A stretch of DNA of 64,000 nt from Rebecca billardiae RCC1528 (lineage: Eukaryota; Protista; Haptophyta): assembly GCA_965240325.2 (NCBI GenBank), contig OZ251242.1, forward strand, positions 806,001 to 870,000, given 5' to 3'. Each line of letters starts with the position of its first letter. Position 1 is the stretch's first letter. The notes below the pieces were generated by a model. It did no database searches, was not told where the DNA came from, and was given only the letters and a program-made list of their open reading frames with translations. A program made the translations under genes and the position numbers. Positions 10,452-20,052 of this stretch are shown one piece after another.

Positions 10452-12287
10452 ATGAAGGAGCCCTCGCGCAAGCGCTCAGCGCTCGCGGACGACGGCGCCG
10501 CCGCCGCGTCCCCGGTCTTCGATGAGCCGTGCGCGCTGTGCGGCGATCGTATTGGCAGCCAGCCATGGGCGCAGCTCGCGTGCGGCGACGAGCACGTCGC
10601 GCACAACGTGTGCCTCTTCCAGCGCGCGCTCGCGTCCGAGCGCTGCGTCGTGCGGTGCGGCCGGCCGGGGTGCAAGCGCGCGACGAAAGCGGCGTCGGCG
10701 AGGACGCAGTTCGACGGCATTCACGAGCTCGGCTCTTGGCGGCATGTCGATGTGGCGACGTGCACGGGCTGCTCTGCGCCCAACGGGGCGACAGGCGTGC
10801 AGCGCGAGCCGCCGCCCAGCCACACGGCGGCAGCACCAACAGAGACGGCAGGCCTCACGCTGTGCGACCTGCCGACGGACGCGATCTCGCGTATCCTCGG
10901 CTGGCTCGAGTGCGCGCATGATCTGGCGCGTGCCAACGCCACGTCGCGCCTCTTCCGCGGCGCGCCCGGCGAACGCTCGCCGGTGGAGCACGCGCTGCGC
11001 GAGCGCGCGCGGCGGCGCGGGCACGAGGGCGCGCTGCCGGCGGCTCTCCCCACGGGCGCGTGCTCGTGGCGTGCGGAGCTGTTCGCGCGCGAGCGTGTGC
11101 TGGAGCACGTGGATGCGCATGCGTGCGTGGCAGTATGCGGCAGCCAAGCCGATGTGCAAAGTGCGATCAGCGCGTTCGTGGATGCATCGGGCGGGCTGCA
11201 CACCTGCGGTGAGGAGTCTGGTGAGACCGGGCTGTGCGCGCCCGCTGCGCTGGGCCATCCGGAGCTGCGCAACTCAGCCGTCCTCGTGCCGACGCGCGTG
11301 GCATCGCTCTCGGCGGTGCGCATGCGTGCGGTGGCTGCTGGCTATGGTCACCTGCTCGCGCTGAGCGACGGTGGTGCCGTGTACGCGTGCGGTGAGAATT
11401 TTTACGGCCAGCTGGGCCTGGGCGACAAGGAGACGCGCAGTGTCTTTACCGCGCTGGGCATGAGCAGCATGGGGCTCGTCGTGGGCATCGCCGCTGGTGG
11501 GTCCCACAGCCTCGCGCTCACTGCAGCGGGCGGTGTGTACAGCTGGGGATGGAACCAGGACAGCCAGCTCGGCCATGGCGACAGTGAGAACCGGCTGGAG
11601 CCTGTGCGCATCGAGGCGCTGGACGGCGTGCGCGTGGGCGGCATGTGCGCTGGCTGGAAGCACACGCTGCTGCTGTCGATGGGCGGTGCCGTGTACTCGT
11701 GCGGTGTCGGCGAAGCAGGCCGCCTCGGGCATGGCGACGAGCGCACTCTGCGCATGCCGCAGCGCATCGAGGCGCTAGAGGGCGTGCGCGCCGTGCACGT
11801 GAGCGCGGGCGAGAATCACAGCCTGGTGGTCGATGCCACGGGCGGTGTGCACTCGTTTGGGTCTCACTCGTTTGGTTGCCTTGGCCATGGTGACACCTCC
11901 GACGCACTCGTGCCCAGGCGCATCGAGGCGCTGCAGGGCGTGCGCATCGTGCGCGCCAGCGCGGGCAGCCAGTGCAGCGCGGTGATGGGCGTGGACGGCA
12001 GCGTGTACACCTTTGGCGACAACACAAGCGGCGAGCTCGGCATCGGCTCAGCTGGTGCAGATCAGCTGCTTCCGGTGCGCGTGCACGCCCCAGCGCATGG
12101 CCAGCTGGTGGAGTGCTTTCTCGACTGGCGCCAGGCGCTTTGGGTCGCGTCAGACGGCAGCGCGTACTCGTGTGGCAGGCAGTCTGCAGCGCTCGGCCGC
12201 GGTGTGATCTCTGACGACGGGATGGACGACCTCATCTCACCTGCGCGGATTGCGCAGCTGCCACCCTTGCGGCGCCGGGGTGCGTAG
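10452..12287 (+). CDS. RING-like/F-box-like/RCC1-repeat protein, copy 4 (B-type N-terminus)
   Basis: MKEPSRK start; intact ORF. Confidence 0.9.
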   Translation: MKEPSRKRSALADDGAAAASPVFDEPCALCGDRIGSQPWAQLACGDEHVAHNVCLFQRALASERCVVRCGRPGCKRATKAASARTQFDGIHELGSWRHVDVATCTGCSAPNGATGVQREPPPSHTAAAPTETAGLTLCDLPTDAISRILGWLECAHDLARANATSRLFRGAPGERSPVEHALRERARRRGHEGALPAALPTGACSWRAELFARERVLEHVDAHACVAVCGSQADVQSAISAFVDASGGLHTCGEESGETGLCAPAALGHPELRNSAVLVPTRVASLSAVRMRAVAAGYGHLLALSDGGAVYACGENFYGQLGLGDKETRSVFTALGMSSMGLVVGIAAGGSHSLALTAAGGVYSWGWNQDSQLGHGDSENRLEPVRIEALDGVRVGGMCAGWKHTLLLSMGGAVYSCGVGEAGRLGHGDERTLRMPQRIEALEGVRAVHVSAGENHSLVVDATGGVHSFGSHSFGCLGHGDTSDALVPRRIEALQGVRIVRASAGSQCSAVMGVDGSVYTFGDNTSGELGIGSAGADQLLPVRVHAPAHGQLVECFLDWRQALWVASDGSAYSCGRQSAALGRGVISDDGMDDLISPARIAQLPPLRRRGA

Positions 12288-12509
12288 CTGACTCGGTGCG
12301 CGGTGCCGGTGGCGCGGAGCCAAGTCGCAACCGGCCGGCGCGTGCTCGTGGCAGCCGCCGATGGAGACGCAGGCGGCGCGTGACGGCACGCGAGCCGTGT
12401 AGTGATGTCTGTGAGCAAACGCGGGTGCTCCGTGCTCCGGCTGCCCGAGTGTCAGGCAACAGCACATAACAATGATGCACGCCTTATCCCTATCAATACT
12501 ACTACGATA

Positions 12510-12563
12510 TAGGCTGTCCGACTCTACACCCCCGTAGCCAGCGGAGGGGGGCCGGACAGGCTA
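12510..12563. mobile_element. 54-bp miniature inverted-repeat element
   Basis: TIR TAGGCTGTCCG / CGGACAGGCTA (1 mismatch); 9-bp TSD ACTACGATA at 12501-12509 and 12564-12572; empty site at 1131-1145. Confidence 0.8.
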
Positions 12564-12650
12564 ACTACGATACAATCGTAGTCGACGAAATCCGCCGCCC
12601 AACGGTCATCGTGAGCACACGACCGCGCGCGCAGGCGAGCTCCGGACGAC

Positions 12651-14480
12651 ATGGAGCCCTCGCGGAAGCGCCCAGCGCTCGCGGACGACGGCGCCGCCGC
12701 CGCGTCCCCGGTCTTCGAGGAGCCGTGCGCGCTGTGCGGCGATCGTATTGGTAGCCAGCCGTGGGCGCAGCTCGCGTGCGGCGACGGGCACGTCGCGCAC
12801 AACGTGTGCCTCTTCCAGCGCGCGCTCGCGTCCGAGCGCTGCGTCGTGCGGTGCGGCCGGCCGGGGTGCAAGCGCGTGACGAAGGCGGCGTCGGCGAGGA
12901 CGCAGTACGACGGCATTCACGAGCTCGGCTCTTGGCGGCATGTCGATGTGGCGACGTGCACCGGCTGCGCCGCGCTGGATGGGTCGACCGCCATGCAGCG
13001 CGAGCCGCCTCCCAGCGACACTGCGGCAACGCCGACGATGACAGCTGGACTCACGCTGTGCGACCTGCCGACGGACGTGGTCTCGCGCATCCTCGGCTGG
13101 CTCGAGTGCGCGCATGATCTGGCGCGTGCTAACGCCACGTCGCGCCTCTTCCGCGGCGCGCCCGGCGAACGCTCGCCGGTGGAGCACGCGCTGCGCGAGC
13201 GCGCGCGGCGGCGCGGGCACGAGGGCGCGCTGCCGGCGGCTCTCCCTGCGGGCGCGTGCTCGTGGCGGGCGGAGCTGTTCGCGCGCGAGCGTGTGCTGGA
13301 GCATGCAGATGAGCACGTGTGCGTGGCCGTATGCGGCAGCTACAATGAGGGTCGGGCGTTTAGCGCGTTTGTGGACGCATCGGGCGGGCTGCACACGTGC
13401 GGTGAGGAGCCGGGCGAGGATGAGCCAAACGCGCCCGCTGCGCTGGGCCATCCGGAGCTGCGCGGCTCGGCGGTCCTCGTGCCGACGCGCGTGGCATCGC
13501 TCTCGGCGGTGTGCATGCGTGCGGTGGCTGCTGGCTATCGACACCTGCTCGCGCTGAGCGACGGTGGTGCCGTGTACGCGTGCGGTGAGAATTCTTACGG
13601 CCAGCTGGGCCTGGGCGACAAGCAGGCGCGCCGTGTCTTCACCGCGCTGGGCATGAGCAGCATGGGGCTCGTCGTGGGCATCGCCGCTGGTGGAGACCAC
13701 AGCCTCGCGCTCACCGCAGCGGGCGGAGTGTACAGCTGGGGATGGAACCATTACGGCCAGCTCGGCCACGGCGACACTGCGAATCGGCTGGAGCCTGTGC
13801 GCATCGAGGCGCTGGAGGGTGTGCACGTGGGCGGCATGTCCGCGGGTGGCGGGCACACGCTGCTGCTGTCGACGAGCGGCGCCGTGTACTCATGCGGTGA
13901 CGGCGAAGCAGGCCGCCTCGGGCATGGCGACGAGCGCACTCTGCGCATGCCGCAGCGCATCGAGGCGCTGGAGGGCGTGCGCGCCGTGCACGTGAGCGCG
14001 GGCGAGGATCACAGCCTGGTGGTCGATGCCACGTGCGGTGTGCACTGGTTCGGGTGGGGGGATTGCGGTTGCCTTGGCCATGGTGACACCTCCGCCACAC
14101 TCGTGCCCAGGCGCATCGAGGCGCTGCAGGGCGTGCGTATCGTGCGCGCCAGCGCGGGCTGGATCAGCAGCGCGGTGATGGGCACGGACGGCAGCGTGTA
14201 CACCTTTGGCTACAACGAGCACGGCCAGCTCGGCATCGGCCCAGCTGGTGCAGATCAGCTGCTTCCGGTGCGCGTGCACGACCCAGCGCACGGCCAGCTG
14301 GTGGACTGCTTTCTCGAGTACCGCCAGGCGCTTTGGATCACGTCGGATTGCGTTGCGCTCTCGTGTGGCAGGCAGTCTGCAGCGCTCGGCCACGGTGTGA
14401 GCTTTGACGACGGGATGGACGACCTCGTCTCTCCTGCGCAGATTGCGCAGCTGCCGCCCCTGCGGCGCCGGGGTGCGTAG
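12651..14480 (+). CDS. RING-like/F-box-like/RCC1-repeat protein, copy 5
   Basis: Intact 609-aa ORF; most divergent loop set. Confidence 0.9.
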   Translation: MEPSRKRPALADDGAAAASPVFEEPCALCGDRIGSQPWAQLACGDGHVAHNVCLFQRALASERCVVRCGRPGCKRVTKAASARTQYDGIHELGSWRHVDVATCTGCAALDGSTAMQREPPPSDTAATPTMTAGLTLCDLPTDVVSRILGWLECAHDLARANATSRLFRGAPGERSPVEHALRERARRRGHEGALPAALPAGACSWRAELFARERVLEHADEHVCVAVCGSYNEGRAFSAFVDASGGLHTCGEEPGEDEPNAPAALGHPELRGSAVLVPTRVASLSAVCMRAVAAGYRHLLALSDGGAVYACGENSYGQLGLGDKQARRVFTALGMSSMGLVVGIAAGGDHSLALTAAGGVYSWGWNHYGQLGHGDTANRLEPVRIEALEGVHVGGMSAGGGHTLLLSTSGAVYSCGDGEAGRLGHGDERTLRMPQRIEALEGVRAVHVSAGEDHSLVVDATCGVHWFGWGDCGCLGHGDTSATLVPRRIEALQGVRIVRASAGWISSAVMGTDGSVYTFGYNEHGQLGIGPAGADQLLPVRVHDPAHGQLVDCFLEYRQALWITSDCVALSCGRQSAALGHGVSFDDGMDDLVSPAQIAQLPPLRRRGA

Positions 14481-14777
14481 CACTCGGTGCGCGGTGGCGT
14501 GGAGCCAAGTCGCAACCAGCCGGCGCGTGCTCGCGGCAGCCGCCGATGGAGATGCAGGCGGCGCGTGACGGCACGCGAGCCGTGTAGTGATGTCTCTGAG
14601 CAAACGCGGGTGCTCCGTGCTCCGGCTGCCCGAGTGTCAGGCAACAGCACATAACAATGATGCACGCCTTACTACCCTATCAATACTACTACGATACGAC
14701 AATCGTAGTCGACGAAATCCGCCGCCCAACGGTCATCGTGAGCACACGACCGCGCGCGCAGGCGAGCTCCGGACGAC

Positions 14778-16601
14778 ATGGAGCCCTCGCGCAAGCGCTC
14801 GCTCGCGGACGACGGCGCCGCCGCCGCGTCCCCGGTCTTCGAGGTGCCGTGCGCGCTTTGCGGCGATCGTATTGGCAGCCAGCCGTGGGCGCAGCTTGCG
14901 TGCGGCGACGAGCACGTCGCGCACAACGTGTGCCTCTTCCAGCGCGCGCTTGCGTCCGAGCGCTGCGTCGTGCGGTGCGGCCGTCCGGGGTGCAAGCGCG
15001 TGACGAAGGCGGCGTCGGCGATGACGCAATACGACGGCATTCACGAGCTCGGCCCTTGGCGGCATGTCGATGTGGCGACGTGCACCGGCTGCGCCGCGCT
15101 GGATGGGTCGACCGCCATGCAGCGCGAGCCGCCTCCCAGCGACACTGCGGCAACGCCGACGATGACAGCTGGACTCACGCTGTGCGACCTGCCGACGGAC
15201 GTGGTCTCGCGCATCCTCGGCTGGCTCGAGTGCGTGCATGATCTGGCGCGTGCTAACGCCACGTCGCGCCTCTTCCGCGGCGCGCCCGGCGAACGCTCGC
15301 CGGTGGAGCACGCGCTGCGCGAGCGCGCGCGGCGGCGCGGGCACGAGGGCGCGCTGCCAGCGGTTCTCTCCGCGGGCGCGTGCTCGTGGCGGGCGGAGCT
15401 GTTCGCGCGCGAGCGTGTGCTGGAGCACGCGTATGCGCATGCGTGCGTGGCCGTATGCGGCATCGATGAGCAGTGTGCGTTCAGCGCGTTCGTGGATGCA
15501 TCGGGCGGGCTGCACACGTGCGGTGAGGAGTCTGGTGACACGGGGCTGCGCGCGCCCGCTGCATTGGGCCATCCGGAGCTGCGCGACTCGGCCGTCCTCG
15601 TGCCGACGCGCGTGGCATCGCTCTCGGCGGTGTGCATGCGTGCGGTGGCTGCTGGCTATCGACACCTGCTCGCGCTGAGCGACGGTGGTGCCGTGTACGC
15701 GTGCGGTGAGAATTCTTACGGCCAGCTGGGCCTGGGCGACAAGGAGACACGCAGTGTCTTCACCGCGCTGGGCATGAGCAGCATGGGGCTCGTCGTGGGC
15801 ATCGCCGCTGGTGGGTCCCACAGCCTCGCGCTCACTGCAGCGGGCGGTGTGTATAGCTGGGGATGGAACCAGGACAGCCAGCTCGGCCACGGCGACAGTG
15901 AGAACCGGCTGGAGCCTGTGCGCATCGAGGCGCTGGACGGCGTGCGCGTGGGCGGCATGTGCGCTGGCTGGAAGCACACGCTGCTGCTGTCGATGGGCGG
16001 TGCCGTGTACTCGTGCGGTGTCGGCGAAGCAGGCCGCCTCGGGCATGGCGACGAGCGCACTCTGCGCATGCCGCAGCGCATCGAGGCGCTGGAGGGCGTG
16101 CGCGCCGTGCACGTGAGCGCTGGTGATGATCATAGTTTGGTGGTGGACGTCACGGGCGGTGTGCACTCGTTTGGGGGGGGCTCGTGTGGTTGCCTTGGTC
16201 ATGGTGACGACTCCGACGCACTCGTGCCTAGGCGCATCGAGGCGCTGCAGGGCGTGCGCATCGTGCGCGCCAGCGCGGGCAGCCAGTGCAGCGCGGTGAC
16301 GGGCGTGGACGGCAGCGTGTACATCTTTGGCGACAACACAAGCGGCGTGCTCGGCATCGGCTCAGCTGGTGCAGATCAGCCGCTTCCGGTGCGCGTGCAC
16401 GCCCCAGCGCATGGCCAGCTGGTGGAGTGCTTTCTCGACTGGCGCCAGGCGCTTTGGGTCGCGTCAGACGGCAGCGCGCACTCGTGTGGCAGGCAGTCTG
16501 CAGCGCTCGGCCACGGTGTGAGCTTTGACGACGGGATGGACGACCTCGTCTCTCCTGCGCGGATTGCGCAGCTGCCACCCCTGCGGCGCCGGGGTGCGTA
16601 G
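14778..16601 (+). CDS. RING-like/F-box-like/RCC1-repeat protein, copy 6
   Basis: Intact 607-aa ORF. Confidence 0.9.
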   Translation: MEPSRKRSLADDGAAAASPVFEVPCALCGDRIGSQPWAQLACGDEHVAHNVCLFQRALASERCVVRCGRPGCKRVTKAASAMTQYDGIHELGPWRHVDVATCTGCAALDGSTAMQREPPPSDTAATPTMTAGLTLCDLPTDVVSRILGWLECVHDLARANATSRLFRGAPGERSPVEHALRERARRRGHEGALPAVLSAGACSWRAELFARERVLEHAYAHACVAVCGIDEQCAFSAFVDASGGLHTCGEESGDTGLRAPAALGHPELRDSAVLVPTRVASLSAVCMRAVAAGYRHLLALSDGGAVYACGENSYGQLGLGDKETRSVFTALGMSSMGLVVGIAAGGSHSLALTAAGGVYSWGWNQDSQLGHGDSENRLEPVRIEALDGVRVGGMCAGWKHTLLLSMGGAVYSCGVGEAGRLGHGDERTLRMPQRIEALEGVRAVHVSAGDDHSLVVDVTGGVHSFGGGSCGCLGHGDDSDALVPRRIEALQGVRIVRASAGSQCSAVTGVDGSVYIFGDNTSGVLGIGSAGADQPLPVRVHAPAHGQLVECFLDWRQALWVASDGSAHSCGRQSAALGHGVSFDDGMDDLVSPARIAQLPPLRRRGA

Positions 16602-16810
16602 CACTCGGTGCGCGGTGGCGCGGGGCCAAGTCGCAACCGGCCGGCGCGTGCTCGCGGCAGCCGCCGATGGAGACGCAGGCGGCGCGTGACGGCACGCGAG
16701 CCGTGTAGTGATGTCTCTGAGCAAACGCGGGTGCTCCGTGCTCCGGCTGCCCGAGTGTCAGGCAACAGCACATAACAATGATGCACGCCTTACCCCTATC
16801 AATACTACTA

Positions 16811-16853
16811 ATCACGCCTTAACCAAGTGTGCACGTTAAAACATAGTAAACTG
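16811..16853 (-). mobile_element. 43-bp TA-flanked insertion, probable Tc1/mariner-type terminus remnant
   Basis: Minus strand reads TA-CAGTTTACTATGTTTTAACGTGC; TA on both sides; related sequence at 48745-48773 and 52430-52439. Confidence 0.5.
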
Positions 16854-16939
16854 TACGATACACTCGTAGTCGACGAAATCCGCCGCGCAACGGTCATCGT
16901 GAGCACAACGATCGCCCGCGCAGGCGAGCTCCGGACGAC

Positions 16940-18760
16940 ATGGAGCCCTCGCGCAAGCGCTCGCTCGCGGACGACGGCGCCGCCGCCGCGTCCCCGGTCT
17001 TCGAGGTGCCGTGCGCGCTTTGCGGCGATCGTATTGGCAGCCAGCCGTGGGCGCAGCTCGCGTGCGGCGACGAGCACGTCGCGCACAACGTGTGCCTCTT
17101 CCAGCGCGCGCTCGCGTCCGAGCGCTGCGTCGTGCGGTGCGGCCGTCCGGGGTGCAAGCGCGTGACGAAGGCGGCGTCGGCGAGGACGCTATACGACGGC
17201 ATTCACGAGCTCGGCTCTTGGCGGCATGTCGATGTGGCGAAGTGCACCGGCTGCGCCGCGCTGGATGGGTCGACCGCCATGCAGCGCGAGCCGCCTCCCA
17301 GCGACACTGCGGCAACGCCGACGATGACAGCTGGACTCACGCTGTGCGACCTGCCGACGGACGTGGTCTCGCGCATCCTCGGCTGGCTCGAGTGCGTGCG
17401 TGATCTGGCGCGTGCTAACGCCACGTCGCGCCTCTTTCGCGGCGCGCCCGGCGAACGCTCGCCGGTGGAGCACGCGCTGCGCGAGCGCGCGCGGCGGCGC
17501 GGGCACGAGGGCGCGCTGCCAGCGGTTCTCTCCGCGGGCGCGTGCTCGTGGAGGGCGGAGCTGTTCGCGCGCGAGCGTGTGCTGGAGCACGCGGATGCGC
17601 ATGCGTGCGTGGCCGTATGCGGCATCGATGTGCAGTGTGCGTTCAGCGCGTTCGTGGATGCATCGGGCGGGCTGCACACGTGCGGTGAGGAGTCTGGTGA
17701 CACGGGGCTGCGCGCGCCCGCTGCATTGGGCCATCCGGAGCTGCGCGACTCGGCCGTCCTCGTGCCGACGCGCGTGGCATCGCTCTCGGCGGTGTGCATG
17801 CGTGCGGTGGCTGCTGGCTATCGACACCTGCTCGCGCTGAGCGACGGTGGTGCCGTGTACGCGTGCGGTGAGAATTCTTACGGCCAGCTGGGCCTGGGCG
17901 ACAAGGAGACGCGCAGTGTCTTCACCGCGCTGGGCATGAGCAGCATGGGGCTCGTCGTGGGCATCGCCGCTGGTGGGTCCCACAGCCTCGCGCTCACTGC
18001 AGCGGGCGGTGTGTACAGCTGGGGATGGAACCAGGACAGCCAGCTCGGCCATGGCGACAGTGAGAACCGGCTGGAGCCTGTGCGCATCGAGGCGCTGGAC
18101 GGCGTGCGCGTGGGCGGCATGTGCGCTGGCTGGAAGCACACGCTGCTGCTGTCGATGGGCGGTGCCGTGTACTCGTGCGGTGTCGGCAGAGGAGGCCGCC
18201 TCGGGCATGGCGACCAGCAACCCCTGCGCACGCCGCAGCGCATCGAGGCGCTGGAGGGCGTGCGCGCCGTGCACGTGAGCGCTGGTGATGATCATAGTTT
18301 GGTGGTGGACGTCACAGGCGGTGTGCACTCGTTCGGGCGGCGCTCGTGTGGTTGCCTTGGTCATGGTGACGACTCCGACGCACTCGTGCCTAGGCGCATC
18401 GAGGCGCTGCAGGGCGTGCGCATCGTGCGCGCCAGCGCGGGCAGCCAGTGCAGCGCGGTGATGGGCGTGGACGGCAGCGTGTACACCTTTGGCGACAACA
18501 CAAGCGGCGTGCTCGGCATCGGCTCAGCTGGTGCGAGTCCGCCGCTTCCGGTGCGCGTGCACGCCCCAGCGCACGGCCAGCTGGAGTGCTTTCTCGATTG
18601 GGGCCAGGCGCTTTGGATCACGTCAGACGGCGGCGCGCACTCGTGTGGCAGGCAGTCTGCAGCGCTCGGCCGCGGTGTGAGCTCTGACGACGGGATGGAC
18701 GACCTCATCTCACCTGCGCGGATTGCGCAGCTGCCACCCTTGCGGCGCCGGGGTGCGTAG
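16940..18760 (+). CDS. RING-like/F-box-like/RCC1-repeat protein, copy 7 (last in array)
   Basis: Intact 606-aa ORF. Confidence 0.9.
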   Translation: MEPSRKRSLADDGAAAASPVFEVPCALCGDRIGSQPWAQLACGDEHVAHNVCLFQRALASERCVVRCGRPGCKRVTKAASARTLYDGIHELGSWRHVDVAKCTGCAALDGSTAMQREPPPSDTAATPTMTAGLTLCDLPTDVVSRILGWLECVRDLARANATSRLFRGAPGERSPVEHALRERARRRGHEGALPAVLSAGACSWRAELFARERVLEHADAHACVAVCGIDVQCAFSAFVDASGGLHTCGEESGDTGLRAPAALGHPELRDSAVLVPTRVASLSAVCMRAVAAGYRHLLALSDGGAVYACGENSYGQLGLGDKETRSVFTALGMSSMGLVVGIAAGGSHSLALTAAGGVYSWGWNQDSQLGHGDSENRLEPVRIEALDGVRVGGMCAGWKHTLLLSMGGAVYSCGVGRGGRLGHGDQQPLRTPQRIEALEGVRAVHVSAGDDHSLVVDVTGGVHSFGRRSCGCLGHGDDSDALVPRRIEALQGVRIVRASAGSQCSAVMGVDGSVYTFGDNTSGVLGIGSAGASPPLPVRVHAPAHGQLECFLDWGQALWITSDGGAHSCGRQSAALGRGVSSDDGMDDLISPARIAQLPPLRRRGA

Positions 18761-18987
18761 CTGACTCGGTGCACGGTGCCGGTGGCGCGGGGCCAAGTCG
18801 CAACCGGCCGGCGCGTGCTCGTGGCAGCCGCCGATGGAGACGCAGGCGGCGCGTGACGGCACGCGAGCCGTGTAGTGATGTCTGTGAGCAAACGCGGGTG
18901 CTCCGTGCTCCGGCTGCCCGAGTGTCAGGCAACAGCAGCACATAGCAATGATGCACGCCTTACCCCTATCAATAGACAATACTACTA

Positions 18988-19526
18988 CAGGGTCGTCCCC
19001 AACAATTGTTCGGACACTGATTTTTGCTGATGACTACGCGGCTGCTAACGATGAGATGGGCCAGAGGCTCACATGAGCGCCATGGACCTTACTCCTCGGA
19101 TGACGACAGGGTGTGGGTGCAGCGAGCGGCGCGCTCAGCGTGTGGCCAGGGCTGGCTTGGATGTACAGCTCAACCGACTAGCGGTTGGCTCTGAAGGCAG
19201 GTCCACGGAGCCCCCGCGGGTGGCATGCCTGCTAAAATTCGTATCTGGCGCACGGTTGCATTTGGCGGCGGGTGGGTTGGTGCGCGCAGGCTGGTGGGTC
19301 TCCAGCGTTCGCTGCGGGTAGTGGCGCCGACTGTAGCCCTTGCCTGCACGGCCAGAGCCGATCGATGGGCTGTGCAGCAGCTGTGCAAGCGAGGCCGCGC
19401 AACTGGTAAGTGGTAGGCTGGTCCGATCGGGCCGTATATACTCCTGGTGTAGCGCTACGTCCCGGGGCTTGCCCAGGGCTGTCGAGCGCATGCCGCATAG
19501 TCATCGACCATGCCACGTAATATACT
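18988..19526. mobile_element. Foreign sequence ending the array at the spacer hotspot (possible mariner-like end)
   Basis: Array homology stops at TACTACTA|CAGGGTCGTCCCCAACAATTGT; a relic of the array 3' flank resumes at about 19528-19566; no matching second TIR found. Confidence 0.35.
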
Positions 19527-19939
19527 GAGTCGCAACCGGCCGGCGCGGCTCGTGGCAACCGCCGATATACGCGAGACTTCCATCAAGGTGAAGGTCTCGG
19601 ACAAGGACGAGTGACTATACTACTACTGGAAGTTGGACGGTGCGTCGTAGTATTTACGTAACTCAGCGCAGAGTATACTGCTTGGTCGTGATGACTGATG
19701 ATGGTCGCGCCGCGCGGCGACCGCGACGGTCGACGTGCTACTATATATATATAGCAGCAGTGTCGATCTATCATCACGCCTGCAGTCGCTGGTAACTCAC
19801 GTGACGACAGCTGTCAGCTGGTAACGAGTCCGGTCGTCGTCGCCGATCAGCATCAGTATATTCATTATTCAGTCGTTACAGTCATCCGAGCCGCTGTCGA
19901 TTCTAAACTACGCGACTACAGGCGGATGATCATCTGCTG

Positions 19940-20052
19940 TCTCTCTCTCTCTCTCTCTCATGACTCATCTCATTCTCTGGCTCGATCTCTCTCTCTCTCT
20001 AGTCTCTCTCTCTCTCTCTCACTCTCTCTGGCTCTCTCTATATATATAATAT
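19940..20052. repeat. Compound (CT)n/(TA)n microsatellite
   Basis: Visible CT and TA runs. Confidence 0.85.

Noticed and set aside
1-18760. Diversity-generating retroelement behind the variable loops
   Set aside because: No reverse transcriptase or template repeat in the window, and the substitutions are not adenine-specific
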